Shown here: one piece after another, positions 37,632-49,444 of the stretch
Numbering within the stretch: the stretch's first letter is position 1
Layout: each line of letters begins with the position of its first letter
Source of the DNA: Terriglobia bacterium
Lineage (GTDB): Bacteria; Acidobacteriota; Terriglobia; JAJPHL01; JAPKYU01
Reading direction: 5' to 3'
Assembly (NCBI GenBank): GCA_965206645.1
Contig: CBDBKE010000004.1
Coordinates: 928,001-992,000 of the forward strand
Length of the DNA stretch: 64,000 bases
The notes under the pieces: generated by a model
Databases searched by the model: none
What the model was told of the DNA's origin: nothing
Seen by the model: the letters and a program-made list of their open reading frames with translations, nothing else
Program-made: the position numbers and the translations under genes

Positions 37632-38825
37632 CTACCGACCCGCGGCCAAGGCTACGACTTTCCCTGCCGCGTCTTTCATATCGTCGGCCACTGTGAAGTT
37701 CAAGCCAGACTCGCGCAGGATGGTGCGGCCTTGCTCGACGTTGGTGCCTTCCAACCGCACCACTACCGGCACCTGAACGGCCGTCGCCTTTGCCGCCTCC
37801 ACCACGCCCCGTGCCAGCCGGTCGCACCGTAGAATGCCGCCGAAGATGTTGATGAGTACAGCCCGTACATTCTGGTCCGATAGCAGAATCTTAGACGCGT
37901 GCGTCACCTGCTCGGCGCTCGCCCCACCTCCCACGTCCAGGAAATTTGCCGGGCTGCCACCGGCGTACTGGATGATATCCATGGTGGCCATGGCCAACCC
38001 CGCCCCGTTGACCATGCAGCCCACGTTGCCGTCCAGCTTGATGTAGCTCAGCCCGTAGCGGCCAGCTTCAATCTCCAGCGGCTCTTCCTCGTTCAGGTCA
38101 CGCAGGAGCAGGAACTCTTTGTGCCGATGGAGCGCGTTGTCGTCGAAATTAATCTTGGCGTCCAGCGCCACCAGCCGCTCGTCCTCGTTCCCGTCGTTAC
38201 TGGTTACAATCGGGCCGGTCACAATCAGAGGGTTGATTTCGGCCAGAGAAGCATCCATCTCCAGGAAGGCGCGCGCCAGGGCATCCATCAGTTCCACTGC
38301 CTGGCGATGCAAGCCTTCCGGCAACTCCAGGCCAAACGTCAGCTTGCGGGCCTGAAACGGCTGCAGACCCAGGCCCACATCAACGGGCTCCAGCAAGATC
38401 CGTTCTGGTGTTTTGGCTGCCACTTCCTCAATTTCCACCCCGCCGGCCGAACTGGCCATGAAGACCGGGCAAGCGCGCGCGCGGTCCACCGCCACACCCA
38501 GATACAGTTCGCTTTGGACAGGCAGGGATTCTTCCACCAGTACGCGCCGCACCTCCTGGCCCTCGGGACCGGTCTGGTGCGTCACCAGCTTCCTGCCTAG
38601 CATGCCCGCGGCGATTTCCCGGGTCTCCGCGACACTCGAGGCCAGCTTGACACCGCCGCCTTTCCCTCGCCCGCCGGCGTGAATCTGCGCCTTGACCACC
38701 ACCGGTCCGCCCAGTCGCTGAGCGATTTCTCCGGCCTGCTGAACTGATTCCGCTACCTCGCCGCGAGGCACCGGAACATCAAAGCGTCTGAGGAGTTCTT
38801 TGGCTTGATATTCGTGAATCTTCAC
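37632..38825 (-). CDS. sucC: Succinate--CoA ligase beta subunit
   Basis: GTG start, [43 protein letters not shown]. Confidence 0.97.
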   Translation of the reverse strand: MKIHEYQAKELLRRFDVPVPRGEVAESVQQAGEIAQRLGGPVVVKAQIHAGGRGKGGGVKLASSVAETREIAAGMLGRKLVTHQTGPEGQEVRRVLVEESLPVQSELYLGVAVDRARACPVFMASSAGGVEIEEVAAKTPERILLEPVDVGLGLQPFQARKLTFGLELPEGLHRQAVELMDALARAFLEMDASLAEINPLIVTGPIVTSNDGNEDERLVALDAKINFDDNALHRHKEFLLLRDLNEEEPLEIEAGRYGLSYIKLDGNVGCMVNGAGLAMATMDIIQYAGGSPANFLDVGGGASAEQVTHASKILLSDQNVRAVLINIFGGILRCDRLARGVVEAAKATAVQVPVVVRLEGTNVEQGRTILRESGLNFTVADDMKDAAGKVVALAAGR

Positions 38826-38893
38826 GGCTTCAGGGTCTGCTATATAATGACGAGCGGAGATCGAGCAGTATAGCACAGGGCTTCTTTCCGACC

Positions 38894-39961
38894 ATGAAGC
38901 TGCTGGAAGCGTTGCACCGAATCGTCCACCGCAAGGCAGGCCTGACTCGCGGGGAAGCTCGCGAGGTGATGGAAGAGGTGCTGGAGGGCAAAGCTACCGA
39001 CGCGCAGATCGCCGCCTTCGTCACCGCCTTGACCATGAAGGGAGAAACGGTGGAGGAGTTGGTCGGCTTTGCACTGGCCATCCGCGCGCGGGCGGCTCCC
39101 TTGGGCGGCGCAGGAGCCGAAGAGTACATGGCAGGCACCGAGCGGGACGCGCTGGTGGACACCTGCGGCACGGGTGGAGACGCCAGCGGCACCTTCAACA
39201 TTTCCACCGCCACTGCGTTGACAGTGGCCGGCGCGGGCGTGCGAGTCGCCAAACATGGCAACCGGTCGGTCACCAGCCGCTGCGGCAGCGCCGACGTCGT
39301 GGAGCAGTTGGGAGTGAACATTGGCTTGCCGCCCGCCCGCATGAGAGAAGCCATCCGCACGGTCGGCATCGGGTTTCTGTTCGCCCCGGCGGTCCACACA
39401 GCAATGAAGTATGCTGCGCCTGCCCGGAAGCAGTTGCAGTTGCGAACGGTCTTCAACATGCTGGGCCCGCTGACGAACCCCGCCGGGGCCACTGTCCAGA
39501 TCGTCGGAGTCTACGAGAAGGCGGTGGTGCGCAAGGTAGCCAGCGCGCTGCGGGAGCTAGGGTTACGTCGCGGCTTCGTGGTGCACGGCGATGACGGCCT
39601 GGACGAGATCACCACCACCACCCGCACGCTGGTCGCCGAAGTTTCTGATACAGGAGTGGAAACCTACTGGCTGGCGCCTGAGGATTTTGGGGTATCACGC
39701 GCTCGGCCGGAGGACTTGACGGGCGGAGACGCGCAGGAAAATGCACGCCTTGTGCACCAGGTTCTGGAGGGGGAGGCCGGACCACACCGGGACGTGGTGC
39801 TGGTGAACGCCGCCGCCGCCCTGGTTGCCGCCGGGCGCGGTGAAAATTTCTCCCAGGGGATGCAGCTGGCTCACCAGTCGCTCGATTCCGGGGCCGCCTT
39901 GGCCAAGCTTAAGGCCCTGGTCGAATTCAGCCAGCAGTCAGCGGTCGGTACCGGGCAATAG
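38894..39961 (+). CDS. trpD: Anthranilate phosphoribosyltransferase
   Basis: [40 protein letters not shown]. Confidence 0.96.
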   Translation: MKLLEALHRIVHRKAGLTRGEAREVMEEVLEGKATDAQIAAFVTALTMKGETVEELVGFALAIRARAAPLGGAGAEEYMAGTERDALVDTCGTGGDASGTFNISTATALTVAGAGVRVAKHGNRSVTSRCGSADVVEQLGVNIGLPPARMREAIRTVGIGFLFAPAVHTAMKYAAPARKQLQLRTVFNMLGPLTNPAGATVQIVGVYEKAVVRKVASALRELGLRRGFVVHGDDGLDEITTTTRTLVAEVSDTGVETYWLAPEDFGVSRARPEDLTGGDAQENARLVHQVLEGEAGPHRDVVLVNAAAALVAAGRGENFSQGMQLAHQSLDSGAALAKLKALVEFSQQSAVGTGQ

Positions 39962-40013
39962 GCAAGAAGGGACTCATCCCTAGCGGAAATTACCCGGTAG
40001 CCCGAAACAAACT

Positions 40014-40586
40014 TCACTCCCCTACAGGTTCAAGGAAATTGCGCAGCAGTTGCTTGCCGACGTCCGTCAGGATGGATTCGGGGTGGAACTGCACGCCTTC
40101 GACCGGGAAGCGGCGGTGGCGCAGGCCCATGATGAGTCCGTCCGGGGTGGTGGCGGAGACCTCCAGTTCTTCGGGGAGATTGTCCTTCTCCACGATCAGC
40201 GAGTGATAGCGGGTGGCGGCGAAATCCTGGGGCAGGCCGCGAAAAACGGTGCGGCCGTCGTGGTGGATCCGGCTGAGCTTGCCGTGCATTAGGTAGGGCG
40301 CCCGGACGACTTTTCCCCCAAAGGCCTCACCGATTGCCTGATGCCCCAGGCAGACCCCGAGCACCGGCTTCTTTCCCGCGAAGTGGCGGACTAGCTCAAT
40401 GCTGATGCCGGCTTCCCGCGGCGTGCAGGGTCCAGGGGAAATGACGATCCGCTCCGGGTTCATCCGCTCGATCTCACCTACGGTCACTTGATCATTGCGG
40501 TGTACCGCGAGCTGCTGGCCTAATTCGCCCAAGTATTGCACCAGGTTGTAGGTGAACGAATCGTAGTTATCGAGCACGAAGATCAT
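40014..40586 (-). CDS. trpG: Anthranilate/aminodeoxychorismate synthase glutamine amidotransferase subunit
   Basis: [32 protein letters not shown]. Confidence 0.93.
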   Translation of the reverse strand: MIFVLDNYDSFTYNLVQYLGELGQQLAVHRNDQVTVGEIERMNPERIVISPGPCTPREAGISIELVRHFAGKKPVLGVCLGHQAIGEAFGGKVVRAPYLMHGKLSRIHHDGRTVFRGLPQDFAATRYHSLIVEKDNLPEELEVSATTPDGLIMGLRHRRFPVEGVQFHPESILTDVGKQLLRNFLEPVGE

Positions 40587-40627
40587 CGAATCCTGGCCCC
40601 AAGTCTTCAGTTTACAGTTTCAAACCG

Positions 40628-42100
40628 CTACAGTCCGGCGTGGGCGATTTCGATGGCATTCAACAAGGCGCGGCCCTTACTCATGCACTCCTCGTATTCG
40701 CGCGCCGGTGAGGAGTCGGCCACAATGCCGGCGCCCACCTGAATGTAAGCGTTGCCACGACGGACCACCATGGTGCGAATCGCGATGCAGGAGTTCAGGT
40801 TGCCGGAGAAATCCAGGTAGAACACGCTGCCGGAGTAAATGCCGCGGTGGGTTGGCTCCAGCTCGCGGATAATTTCCATGGCGCGCACCTTGGGCGCGCC
40901 GGACACGGTTCCGGCTGGAAAACAAGCGGCCACCGCGTCGTACATATCCAGCTCCGGTCGCAGGGTCCCGCGGATGCTGGAGACCAAGTGCATGACGTGG
41001 GAGTAGCGCTCGACGAGCATCAGGTCGGTCACCTGGACGGAGCCGAATTCGCACACCCGGCCCAGGTCATTGCGGCCCAGATCCACCAGCATAATGTGCT
41101 CGGCACGCTCTTTCTCGTCGTGTGTCATCTCCTGCTCCAGCGAGCGGTCTTCCTCCTCGTTGGCCCCCCGACGACGGGTTCCGGCAATGGGCCGGTATTC
41201 GACCGAGCGCCCCTGTACCTTCACCAGCATCTCCGGCGAGGAACCCAGAACCGTGTCGCCTCCGAGGTTGAGGAAAAACATGTAGGGCGAGGGATTCACC
41301 ATGCGCAGGGCGCGGTAGATCGAGAACGGCGCCTTCGAAATGCGAACCTGCATGCGCAGTGAAAGGACCACCTGAAAGATGTCGCCGGCGCTGATGTACT
41401 CTTTGGCTCGTTCCACTGCACGCTCAAAGTCTGGCCGGGAGAACTTGGATCGGACGCGCAGCGGTTTCCGGCTGCGCGTTTCCCTTACGGGTCGCGCTGT
41501 ACCGGCCAGCCGCTTTTCCATCCGCTCGATCTCCTTCTGGGCGGCGCGGTAGCGGCTCTCCGCGTCGTGCTGTCCCTGGTCCAGGAAGACGTTGGCGATG
41601 ATCAGAATTTGGTGCTTGACGTGGTCAAACACCAACAATTTGGAAAAGAACATCAACAGAGCGTCGGGCAAGCCAACGTCATCGCGAGGGGGCGGCGGCA
41701 AGCGCTCGAACTGGCGGACCAGGTCGTAGCCGAAATACCCCACCGCGCCCCCAGCGAACGGTGGGAGTCCGGGCACTGCCACCGGCCGATACCGGGAGGT
41801 GATCTCGCGCAACAGATCGAGTAGGCGGCCCCGGCGGCTGCGAGCGCCCCGGCTCTCCAGCTCGACCCGTTCACCCCGGGCACGCAGCACTAAGTACGGG
41901 TCCGTGCCAAGGAAGGTGTAGCGGCCGACCCGTTCGCCTCCTTCCACGCTTTCCAGCAAGAAGGAATAGCGGCAGCCGCGCGACAGGCGCAGGTAGGCCG
42001 ACACCGGCGTGAGCGTGTCCGCCAGCACCGCCTTGTAGACGGGAATGATGTTGCCGCGCTGCGCGCATTCCAGGAAGGTTTTCAGATCGGGCGTCACCAC
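40628..42100 (-). CDS. trpE: Anthranilate synthase component I
   Basis: LLESVEGG, GDIFQVVLS, NPSPYM, PIAGT, EHIMLVDLGRND, FPAGTVSGAPK; GTG start coupled to the aroE stop. Confidence 0.95.
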   Translation of the reverse strand: MVTPDLKTFLECAQRGNIIPVYKAVLADTLTPVSAYLRLSRGCRYSFLLESVEGGERVGRYTFLGTDPYLVLRARGERVELESRGARSRRGRLLDLLREITSRYRPVAVPGLPPFAGGAVGYFGYDLVRQFERLPPPPRDDVGLPDALLMFFSKLLVFDHVKHQILIIANVFLDQGQHDAESRYRAAQKEIERMEKRLAGTARPVRETRSRKPLRVRSKFSRPDFERAVERAKEYISAGDIFQVVLSLRMQVRISKAPFSIYRALRMVNPSPYMFFLNLGGDTVLGSSPEMLVKVQGRSVEYRPIAGTRRRGANEEEDRSLEQEMTHDEKERAEHIMLVDLGRNDLGRVCEFGSVQVTDLMLVERYSHVMHLVSSIRGTLRPELDMYDAVAACFPAGTVSGAPKVRAMEIIRELEPTHRGIYSGSVFYLDFSGNLNSCIAIRTMVVRRGNAYIQVGAGIVADSSPAREYEECMSKGRALLNAIEIAHAGL

Positions 42101-43602
42101 CAAGGCGGCTTTCCTCCCAGGGCGCAAAAGGCGGCCCGTTGCATGACAGAGCGAGGAGCTTTCTCTCCCCTCCACAGTTCGAATTGCCTCGCTGCCTGTT
42201 CCAGGAACATCTCCAGGCCGGTAATGATCTGGATGCGCCGCTGCCGGGCCATTCGGACCAGTTTGGTCTCGAGAGGGTTGTACACGGTATCGAACACGAC
42301 TCGTGCGTTCAGTTCGCCGGGGCTGAAGAAGCAAGCTTCGGTATCCGGGTGCATCCCCAGCGGGGTGGCGTGAATGATGGCGTCAAACCGCTCGGTGGAA
42401 AGCACATTGCGCTCCACCACTTCAGCATCTACTTGCTGTGCCAGCTCGGCGGCCTGCTCGGGGCGCCGGGCCACCACCGTCACCCGCGCTTGCCGGCGCG
42501 CCAGGGCAAAGGCGGCCGCGCGCGCTGCGCCCCCGGCGCCGGCCACCAGCACTCGCGCGCCGGCCAGCCGCAAGCGCTTCTCCAGCGGGACGGTGATTCC
42601 CGCCAGGTCCGTGTTGTAGCCGAGCAGCTTTCCGCCGCGCCGGACAATGGTGTTGATCGCGCCCACTTCCCGTGCTTCGGGATCCACCCGTGTGGCGGCG
42701 CACGACATCGCTTCCTTGTGCGGCAGGGTAATGCTGAGTCCCGACAGCCGGTAAGTCTCCAGCGCTTCCAGGAAATCTTCCAGAGACTCCACACGAAACG
42801 GCAGGTAGATGGCATCGCGCCGCCGAGCGGCAAAGGCGGCATTGTGCACCGCTGGTGAAAGGGAATGGGCCACGGGGTTGCCGATGAGCCCGTACACCGC
42901 CGTGCGGCTCGATAGACGGCCCAGCCGGTAGCGTTCCAGCAACTCCTGCCCGGTCAATTGGCCCGCGGCTACAGCTTCGTCGCTCGAGAGGGCGCCGTAG
43001 GTGAACGGGGCACCCCAGGCCACCGATAGCACCCTCGTTGGTACGCCCACCTCTCCCAGGGCAAAGGCCAGAACCTTACCCTTGCCGCGGCCACCCGCAT
43101 TCAGCCCCAGCAACGCGACGTTTTCGCTGTGCTGCCAACTCCGGCCTACGACTTTGTACAGGTCCGCGGAAAACACTGTCAGCCGGCGAAGCGCAGCCTC
43201 CGCCGGTTCCGGGGCCTGTCGATAGTCGTGGAAAGAGAGCAGGAGGCGGGCATCTCGACGCAGCTGGGCGACGGCCCCACGTCCGGCCCGCTCGGCGGAC
43301 TCGATTTCCAGGTCCACAATGTCGGCCCCGGCCTTTCCGCACGCTTGCAGAATGCGCAGTTGCTCCTCCAGCGAGCCTGCGTATTTCCCCCCGGCCACAG
43401 TGGTGCGCAGTGTGGCAATGGCCGGAATCCGGCGCCGACGGAGAGCCTGCATGACCTTGGGCCCTTGCTCAGGGGTCTCCAGGTAATCGAGTCGAACCTC
43501 GACGAAGCGGGCTGAAGGCGGCCGAATCTGCCTGGAACCTGCCAGCACTCCATCGGCCGTAGCCTCCGCCAGAGTCCAGCAAACTCGTGGGAAATGTGGC
43601 AT
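42094..43602 (-). CDS. aroE: Bifunctional type I 3-dehydroquinate dehydratase / shikimate dehydrogenase
   Basis: N-terminal EVRLD..SFHDY (AroD-like); C-terminal HSLSP, ITLPHK, NTD, GAGGAA, DTVYNP. Confidence 0.9.
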   Translation of the reverse strand: MPHFPRVCWTLAEATADGVLAGSRQIRPPSARFVEVRLDYLETPEQGPKVMQALRRRRIPAIATLRTTVAGGKYAGSLEEQLRILQACGKAGADIVDLEIESAERAGRGAVAQLRRDARLLLSFHDYRQAPEPAEAALRRLTVFSADLYKVVGRSWQHSENVALLGLNAGGRGKGKVLAFALGEVGVPTRVLSVAWGAPFTYGALSSDEAVAAGQLTGQELLERYRLGRLSSRTAVYGLIGNPVAHSLSPAVHNAAFAARRRDAIYLPFRVESLEDFLEALETYRLSGLSITLPHKEAMSCAATRVDPEAREVGAINTIVRRGGKLLGYNTDLAGITVPLEKRLRLAGARVLVAGAGGAARAAAFALARRQARVTVVARRPEQAAELAQQVDAEVVERNVLSTERFDAIIHATPLGMHPDTEACFFSPGELNARVVFDTVYNPLETKLVRMARQRRIQIITGLEMFLEQAARQFELWRGEKAPRSVMQRAAFCALGGKPPWW

Positions 43603-43663
43603 TTGTGCCCAATTGGCCTAGGCTACCATAAGCCCGAGTTTCTTTCCAGTAACCCTCGCCCCG

Positions 43664-43692
43664 TTGACTCAAGCCTTTCAGTTTGCTACTGT
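43664..43692 (+). promoter_or_regulatory. sigma70-type promoter, probably giving a leaderless transcript
   Basis: TTGACT-17 nt-TACTGT with an extended TG; ATG 7 nt downstream and no SD. Confidence 0.6.
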
Positions 43693-43699
43693 CTAGGGC

Positions 43700-44653
43700 A
43701 TGAAACGGCCAAGAACCATAGCGATTGTGGTGTTGGTTTGCGCTGGTTTACTCAGCACAGCACCCGTGCAGGCCCAGGCTCCGGCTCAGGTTTCCCCTGC
43801 CGAGCTGGGAGAGGTGAGCGGGTACAACTCGCTTTACTGCTCTGGATTTATCAGCGACCGCGTCCTGCAGGAAGGCCTGTTCGTGATGGCCGGCGGCGAG
43901 GCAGGGGACCAGTACGAATTCGCCACCGGAGATATTGTGTTCTTGAGCAAAGGAACGGGCTGGATTGTCAACCCGGACGGCGAATACATCGTCTACCGTC
44001 GCACCAAGGACCTCATCAGGCAGGAAGCCTTCCCAGGGCAGAAGCGCATGCTGAAGCAGCTGGGCACCATGTACATGCAGGTGGGGCGGATCAAGATCAA
44101 TATCGTGCATCGGGAGTCGGCCACGGCTCAGGTCCTGCATGCCTGCGAGTCGATTACCGCAGGGGATTTCCTGATTCCGTTCGACGTGAAAGCGGCAGTG
44201 CCACTAAAGCCGGCCGCCGGGTTCGACCGTTTCGCGCCGGCTTCAGGCAGGACGGTAGGCACCATCGTGACCGGGAAGGAATACGCGAGTCTCCTGGGGA
44301 CCGGCGACATCGCCTATTTGGACATTGGCAGCAACCATGGCGTGGCGATTGGCCAAAACTACCGGATCTTCCGTCCCTTCGGAAACTCGGACCGGAGGAG
44401 CACGCACCCGGACGATCTCGTCCACGCCTTCAGGGGCCAGGCAGGTGGGCACCTCCTCACCAACCCCCGCTATCCGACCCATATTATGGGGAAGCGCATG
44501 GGCCTGCGGCTGAACCGATCCGAGCAACAGCGGCTGCCCCGCGGCGTGCTGGGCGAACTGGTGATCCTGCACGTGGAACCCCGCTCAGCTACGGGCTTGC
44601 TCTCCTTTTCTCAGAAGGAAATTTTTGCGGGCGATCAGGTGGAATTGGAGTAG
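43700..44653 (+). CDS. Secreted beta-rich hypothetical protein
   Basis: Signal peptide; LYCSGFI, AYLDIGSNHGV..GQ..IFR, LGELVIL motifs reminiscent of FlgT-C-like periplasmic proteins. Confidence 0.7.
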   Translation: MKRPRTIAIVVLVCAGLLSTAPVQAQAPAQVSPAELGEVSGYNSLYCSGFISDRVLQEGLFVMAGGEAGDQYEFATGDIVFLSKGTGWIVNPDGEYIVYRRTKDLIRQEAFPGQKRMLKQLGTMYMQVGRIKINIVHRESATAQVLHACESITAGDFLIPFDVKAAVPLKPAAGFDRFAPASGRTVGTIVTGKEYASLLGTGDIAYLDIGSNHGVAIGQNYRIFRPFGNSDRRSTHPDDLVHAFRGQAGGHLLTNPRYPTHIMGKRMGLRLNRSEQQRLPRGVLGELVILHVEPRSATGLLSFSQKEIFAGDQVELE

Positions 44654-45264
44654 GCTTCCCGACTCGTCTCTCCAAAGACTTCGGCGGTGAACATCTCCAG
44701 CCGGACCCCGGCGCACCAGGCATTGGGGGCAAGGTTGGCTTTCAGGCAAGTTTCTTCCAGGAATTTCCGCGCATCCCACCCGAACTGGACGGCCACCTGT
44801 GGCAGCAGCAAACCCCGATAATTTCCCTGGCTAACCATCAGTCCGTGCTGGCCGATGACGATCCGCTCCTCGGCGATGTGGGAGTCCAGCTCCGTCATGG
44901 GTGAGAGAATGGAGATCTCAATGTCCACCTCGCTCAACTCTTCTCTGGGCAGCGGAGGAAACCGTGGGTCATGAAGTGCGGCCGAGGTCGCTGCCTCAAT
45001 CACGGCGCGGTACAGGGGCTGGCGTGCGGCGAGGTGGCCGATACACCCTCGTAGCTGCTGCTGCTTGTGGAGGCTGACGAATACGCCAGCAGGGATACTG
45101 AGCCGTCCTCCCGGATCGTGCAGTTGCGGTACATGGTTTTCACGGACCGTGGCGGCGATCGCCTGCCGGGCAATCTGCAACAAGCGCTTGCGCTCCTCTT
45201 CTCCTAGTGGCGAGGGCAGGGCCGGGGGAGCCGGCGGCGGGATCGCTTCACTGGGCGGTGCCAT
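44635..45264 (-). CDS. AMMECR1-domain protein (AmmeMemoRadiSam protein A)
   Basis: GVFVSL, LRGCIG, DPRF, EISILS, GLLLPQV, CLKA. Confidence 0.92.
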   Translation of the reverse strand: MAPPSEAIPPPAPPALPSPLGEEERKRLLQIARQAIAATVRENHVPQLHDPGGRLSIPAGVFVSLHKQQQLRGCIGHLAARQPLYRAVIEAATSAALHDPRFPPLPREELSEVDIEISILSPMTELDSHIAEERIVIGQHGLMVSQGNYRGLLLPQVAVQFGWDARKFLEETCLKANLAPNAWCAGVRLEMFTAEVFGETSREAYSNST

Positions 45265-45853
45265 CGCTCTTGCGCCTCTTCAGTAAGCCTTGCCGGCCAC
45301 GAATGCTTTCTTTCACGCGCAGATCAATCTGCCGCCAGAAGCGGTAAAAATAGCCAACCGCCGAGGCAATTGCAAAGATCACCACCAACCACAGTGCGAC
45401 CGTGCCGAGCAGGCTAATCCGCTCGTCGCGCAACCCTAAAAGAATCAGGATCACGGCGATGATTTGCGTCACCATCTTGGCCTTGCCCAGTTCGGAGGCC
45501 TGAATGGTAAATCCCTGCGTGGAAGCGATGTTGCGCAAGCCAGCCACGGCAAATTCTCGCCCGATGATGACTACCGCCATCCAGGCCTGCACTGCCCCGA
45601 GTTCCACAAGGGAAATGAATGCTGCGGAAATCAGCATCTTGTCGGCCACCGGATCCAGCAACATGCCCAACGTGGTGACCTGATCGCGACGTCGCGCAAA
45701 GTAGCCGTCCAGCGAATCGGTGGCCCCTGCAATCAGCAGGATGGCACTGGCCCACAATTCTTTGCCCGGGACCAGGTTTCGCGTTAGCAACACCGCAAGA
45801 AGGACCGGGATCAGAAAGATTCGCGAAACCGTCAGGGCGTTGGGAAGATTCAT
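45248..45853 (-). CDS. pgsA: CDP-diacylglycerol--glycerol-3-phosphate 3-phosphatidyltransferase
   Basis: MNLPNALTVSR, TDSLDGYFAR, LGMLLDPVADK, GREF. Confidence 0.93.
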   Translation of the reverse strand: MNLPNALTVSRIFLIPVLLAVLLTRNLVPGKELWASAILLIAGATDSLDGYFARRRDQVTTLGMLLDPVADKMLISAAFISLVELGAVQAWMAVVIIGREFAVAGLRNIASTQGFTIQASELGKAKMVTQIIAVILILLGLRDERISLLGTVALWLVVIFAIASAVGYFYRFWRQIDLRVKESIRGRQGLLKRRKSDGTAQ

Positions 45854-45960
45854 TGGCCCGATTTACCCCGCAATATACCAAACCGCCGCCAGACCAGCAA
45901 CGACCGCTCTTAGCCGTGAGAAAGACCTAGGAGCGCCGTAACAGCGCCCTGCCAGGCCAA

Positions 45961-46090
45961 CTCTTCGGTTTAGGTGACCACAGGCCCGGTTCTCCCTTCT
46001 CTCCCGGTAAGTGCAGGCACGGTAAGCGCAGACCCGCAAACCAGTTCCCGAAGGGCATCTCCCGGACAGGAGAACCCAGTAAACCAAGAG
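45961..46090 (-). ncRNA. Putative structured RNA element, family unassigned
   Basis: Nested complementary arms (ctcttcggttta/taaaccaagag; ggttctcc/ggagaacc) and a cUUCGg loop on the minus strand. Confidence 0.35.
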
Positions 46091-46123
46091 AAGTTCCGAG
46101 CGGGAAAGCTATTCGAGCTCGTC

Positions 46124-47443
46124 TTATTCCAGTTCGACCAAGGCATACTTCTTCAGGCGCTGCAAGACGGACGCGGGGACTTCGGCTTCGACCTGCACTC
46201 GCCCGTCGACAAAATCCCGGCGCACAACTCGGGCATGGTCGTAGAGAAAGGAAAGCGCGCTACCCGCAGTAAGAGGAAAAGAGAACCGCGCCAGCGAGAC
46301 CGCATCCACGTCCAGCCGCGCATCTATGGCCGCCAGCAAGGCGGGCAGATTTTCCCCGGTCAGCGCTGAGAGCGCGCAGCCTTCCGGCTCGACCCACAGC
46401 GGGTAGCGCTGTTCCGGCGGCAGCAGGTCAATCTTGTTTAACACCCTCAGTCGTGGTTTGTCACTCGCCCCAAGCTCTTCCAGCACCTTCACCACGTGCT
46501 GGTCCTGCTCCTCGATGAGAGCAGAACTGGCGTCGGTGACGTGCAGGATCAGGGCGGCCTCCCGAACTTCTTCCAGGGTGGCGCGAAACGCCTGGATCAG
46601 GGTAGTGGGCAGCTTCCGCAGAAAGCCAACCGTGTCAGAGAGCAACGCGCGTCGTCCGCTGGGGAGAGTCAGAGCCCGGAGTGTGGGGTCCAGCGTGGCG
46701 AACATTTGCGGCGAGGTGTACACCTCGCCGCCGGTCAGCCGGTTGAACAGAGTGGACTTGCCGGCATTGGTGTAGCCCACCAGAGCCACGGGCAGAAGGG
46801 GCACCGACGCCCGTTTGTTGCGCTGGCGGGCGCGCTGATCGCGGACACGTTCCAGCGCCTCCTCTACACGGCTGATCCGGTGGTGGATGCGGCGCCGGTC
46901 CATTTCCAGCTGCGTCTCGCCCGGCCCGCGTGTTCCGATGCCGCCGCCCAACCGCGACATCTCCGTCCCTCGGCCGGTCAAGCGCGGCAGCAGGTAGTTC
47001 AACTGCGCCAGTTCCACCTGAAGCTGGCCCTCCCGCGTGCGGGCGTGCCGGGCGAAAATGTCCAAGATGAGCTGCGTGCGGTCCACCACCTTGCATTCCA
47101 GCTTCCGCTCCACATTGCGCAACTGGGTAGGAGACAGATCGTGGTCGAAGATGACCACGTCGGCGGAAAGGGCGGGGATCAGGCCGGCCAACTCCTGAAG
47201 CTTGCCACCGCCGATCAGGGTGGCCGGTTCGGGAGCTTCCCGTGCCTGGAGTGAAGCATGGAGCACCTGCGCTCCGGCGCTGCCGGCCAATTGCTTCAGT
47301 TCCGCCAGAGACTCCTCAGCGGAAACATCGGCCGTGGCCGCGGCCCTACGAGACCGCTTCAGCTTCAAGCCGACCAGGATCGCTTTTCCCCGCTGCTGCG
47401 CGTCCCGGTGACGACGATCATTTTGCGGATTGTTGGAGCGAAT
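46124..47443 (-). CDS. hflX: GTPase HflX; start uncertain
   Basis: DRTQLILDIF, GIGTRGPGE, VGYTNAGKSTLFN, FATLDPT, DTVGF, NKID; directly downstream of hfq. Confidence 0.93.
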   Translation of the reverse strand: MRSNNPQNDRRHRDAQQRGKAILVGLKLKRSRRAAATADVSAEESLAELKQLAGSAGAQVLHASLQAREAPEPATLIGGGKLQELAGLIPALSADVVIFDHDLSPTQLRNVERKLECKVVDRTQLILDIFARHARTREGQLQVELAQLNYLLPRLTGRGTEMSRLGGGIGTRGPGETQLEMDRRRIHHRISRVEEALERVRDQRARQRNKRASVPLLPVALVGYTNAGKSTLFNRLTGGEVYTSPQMFATLDPTLRALTLPSGRRALLSDTVGFLRKLPTTLIQAFRATLEEVREAALILHVTDASSALIEEQDQHVVKVLEELGASDKPRLRVLNKIDLLPPEQRYPLWVEPEGCALSALTGENLPALLAAIDARLDVDAVSLARFSFPLTAGSALSFLYDHARVVRRDFVDGRVQVEAEVPASVLQRLKKYALVELE

Positions 47444-47445
47444 AA

Positions 47446-47757
47446 TTAGCCCTCGGTCACTTCGGCGCCCTCGGTTACTTCGACGCTGGATGGCGCAGGT
47501 TGGGGCTGCTCCGGCGTCTGGGCAGCCGGCGGCGTGGGCGCAGACGCATGCGTCCGGGTCATCACCACCGTCGAGATCGCGTGCTTGAAAATCAACTGCT
47601 CCTGGCTGCTGGTCTCCAGGATCAGCGAGTATTTGTCGAAGCTCTTGATCCTTCCCAACAGTTTGACGCCACTGACCAAGTAAAGTGTGACTGCCGTTTT
47701 CTCCTTGCGCGCCATGTTGAGAAAGGAATCCTGTATGTTTTGAGCTGCCCTGTCCAT
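47446..47757 (-). CDS. hfq: RNA chaperone Hfq
   Basis: [35 protein letters not shown]; sits at the end of the long antisense ORF 47446..49392. Confidence 0.96.
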   Translation of the reverse strand: MDRAAQNIQDSFLNMARKEKTAVTLYLVSGVKLLGRIKSFDKYSLILETSSQEQLIFKHAISTVVMTRTHASAPTPPAAQTPEQPQPAPSSVEVTEGAEVTEG

Positions 47758-47934
47758 ATGCTTCTCCCGGGTCTTCTTCCTGCGAATATTGTACCGCTGC
47801 CCGCGCAGCTCTGCAAGGCGCACACGGGCTTTCGGCTTTTTCTCCCGGAACCTGCGCTTCGTCACCGCCTCTACTATCCGCCCTGCTGCCCCTTGGTAAC
47901 CTGTTGGTAGCCTGCCGCCGTGGTACAATGCAAC

Positions 47935-49401
<1,467 letters not shown>

Positions 49402-49444
49402 CCGCTGGACTAAGCTGGCAGTTGGACTAAGCGGTCGGACTGTG

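Noticed and set aside
42094-43602. AroD-AroE fusion as a novelty
   Set aside because: Bifunctional dehydroquinase/shikimate dehydrogenases are already known in several bacterial phyla and in plants.
28144-46031. Shared 12-mer cggtaagcgcag upstream of the GGDEF gene and of pgsA
   Set aside because: A single 12-mer match among several kb of GC-rich intergenic DNA can arise by chance.
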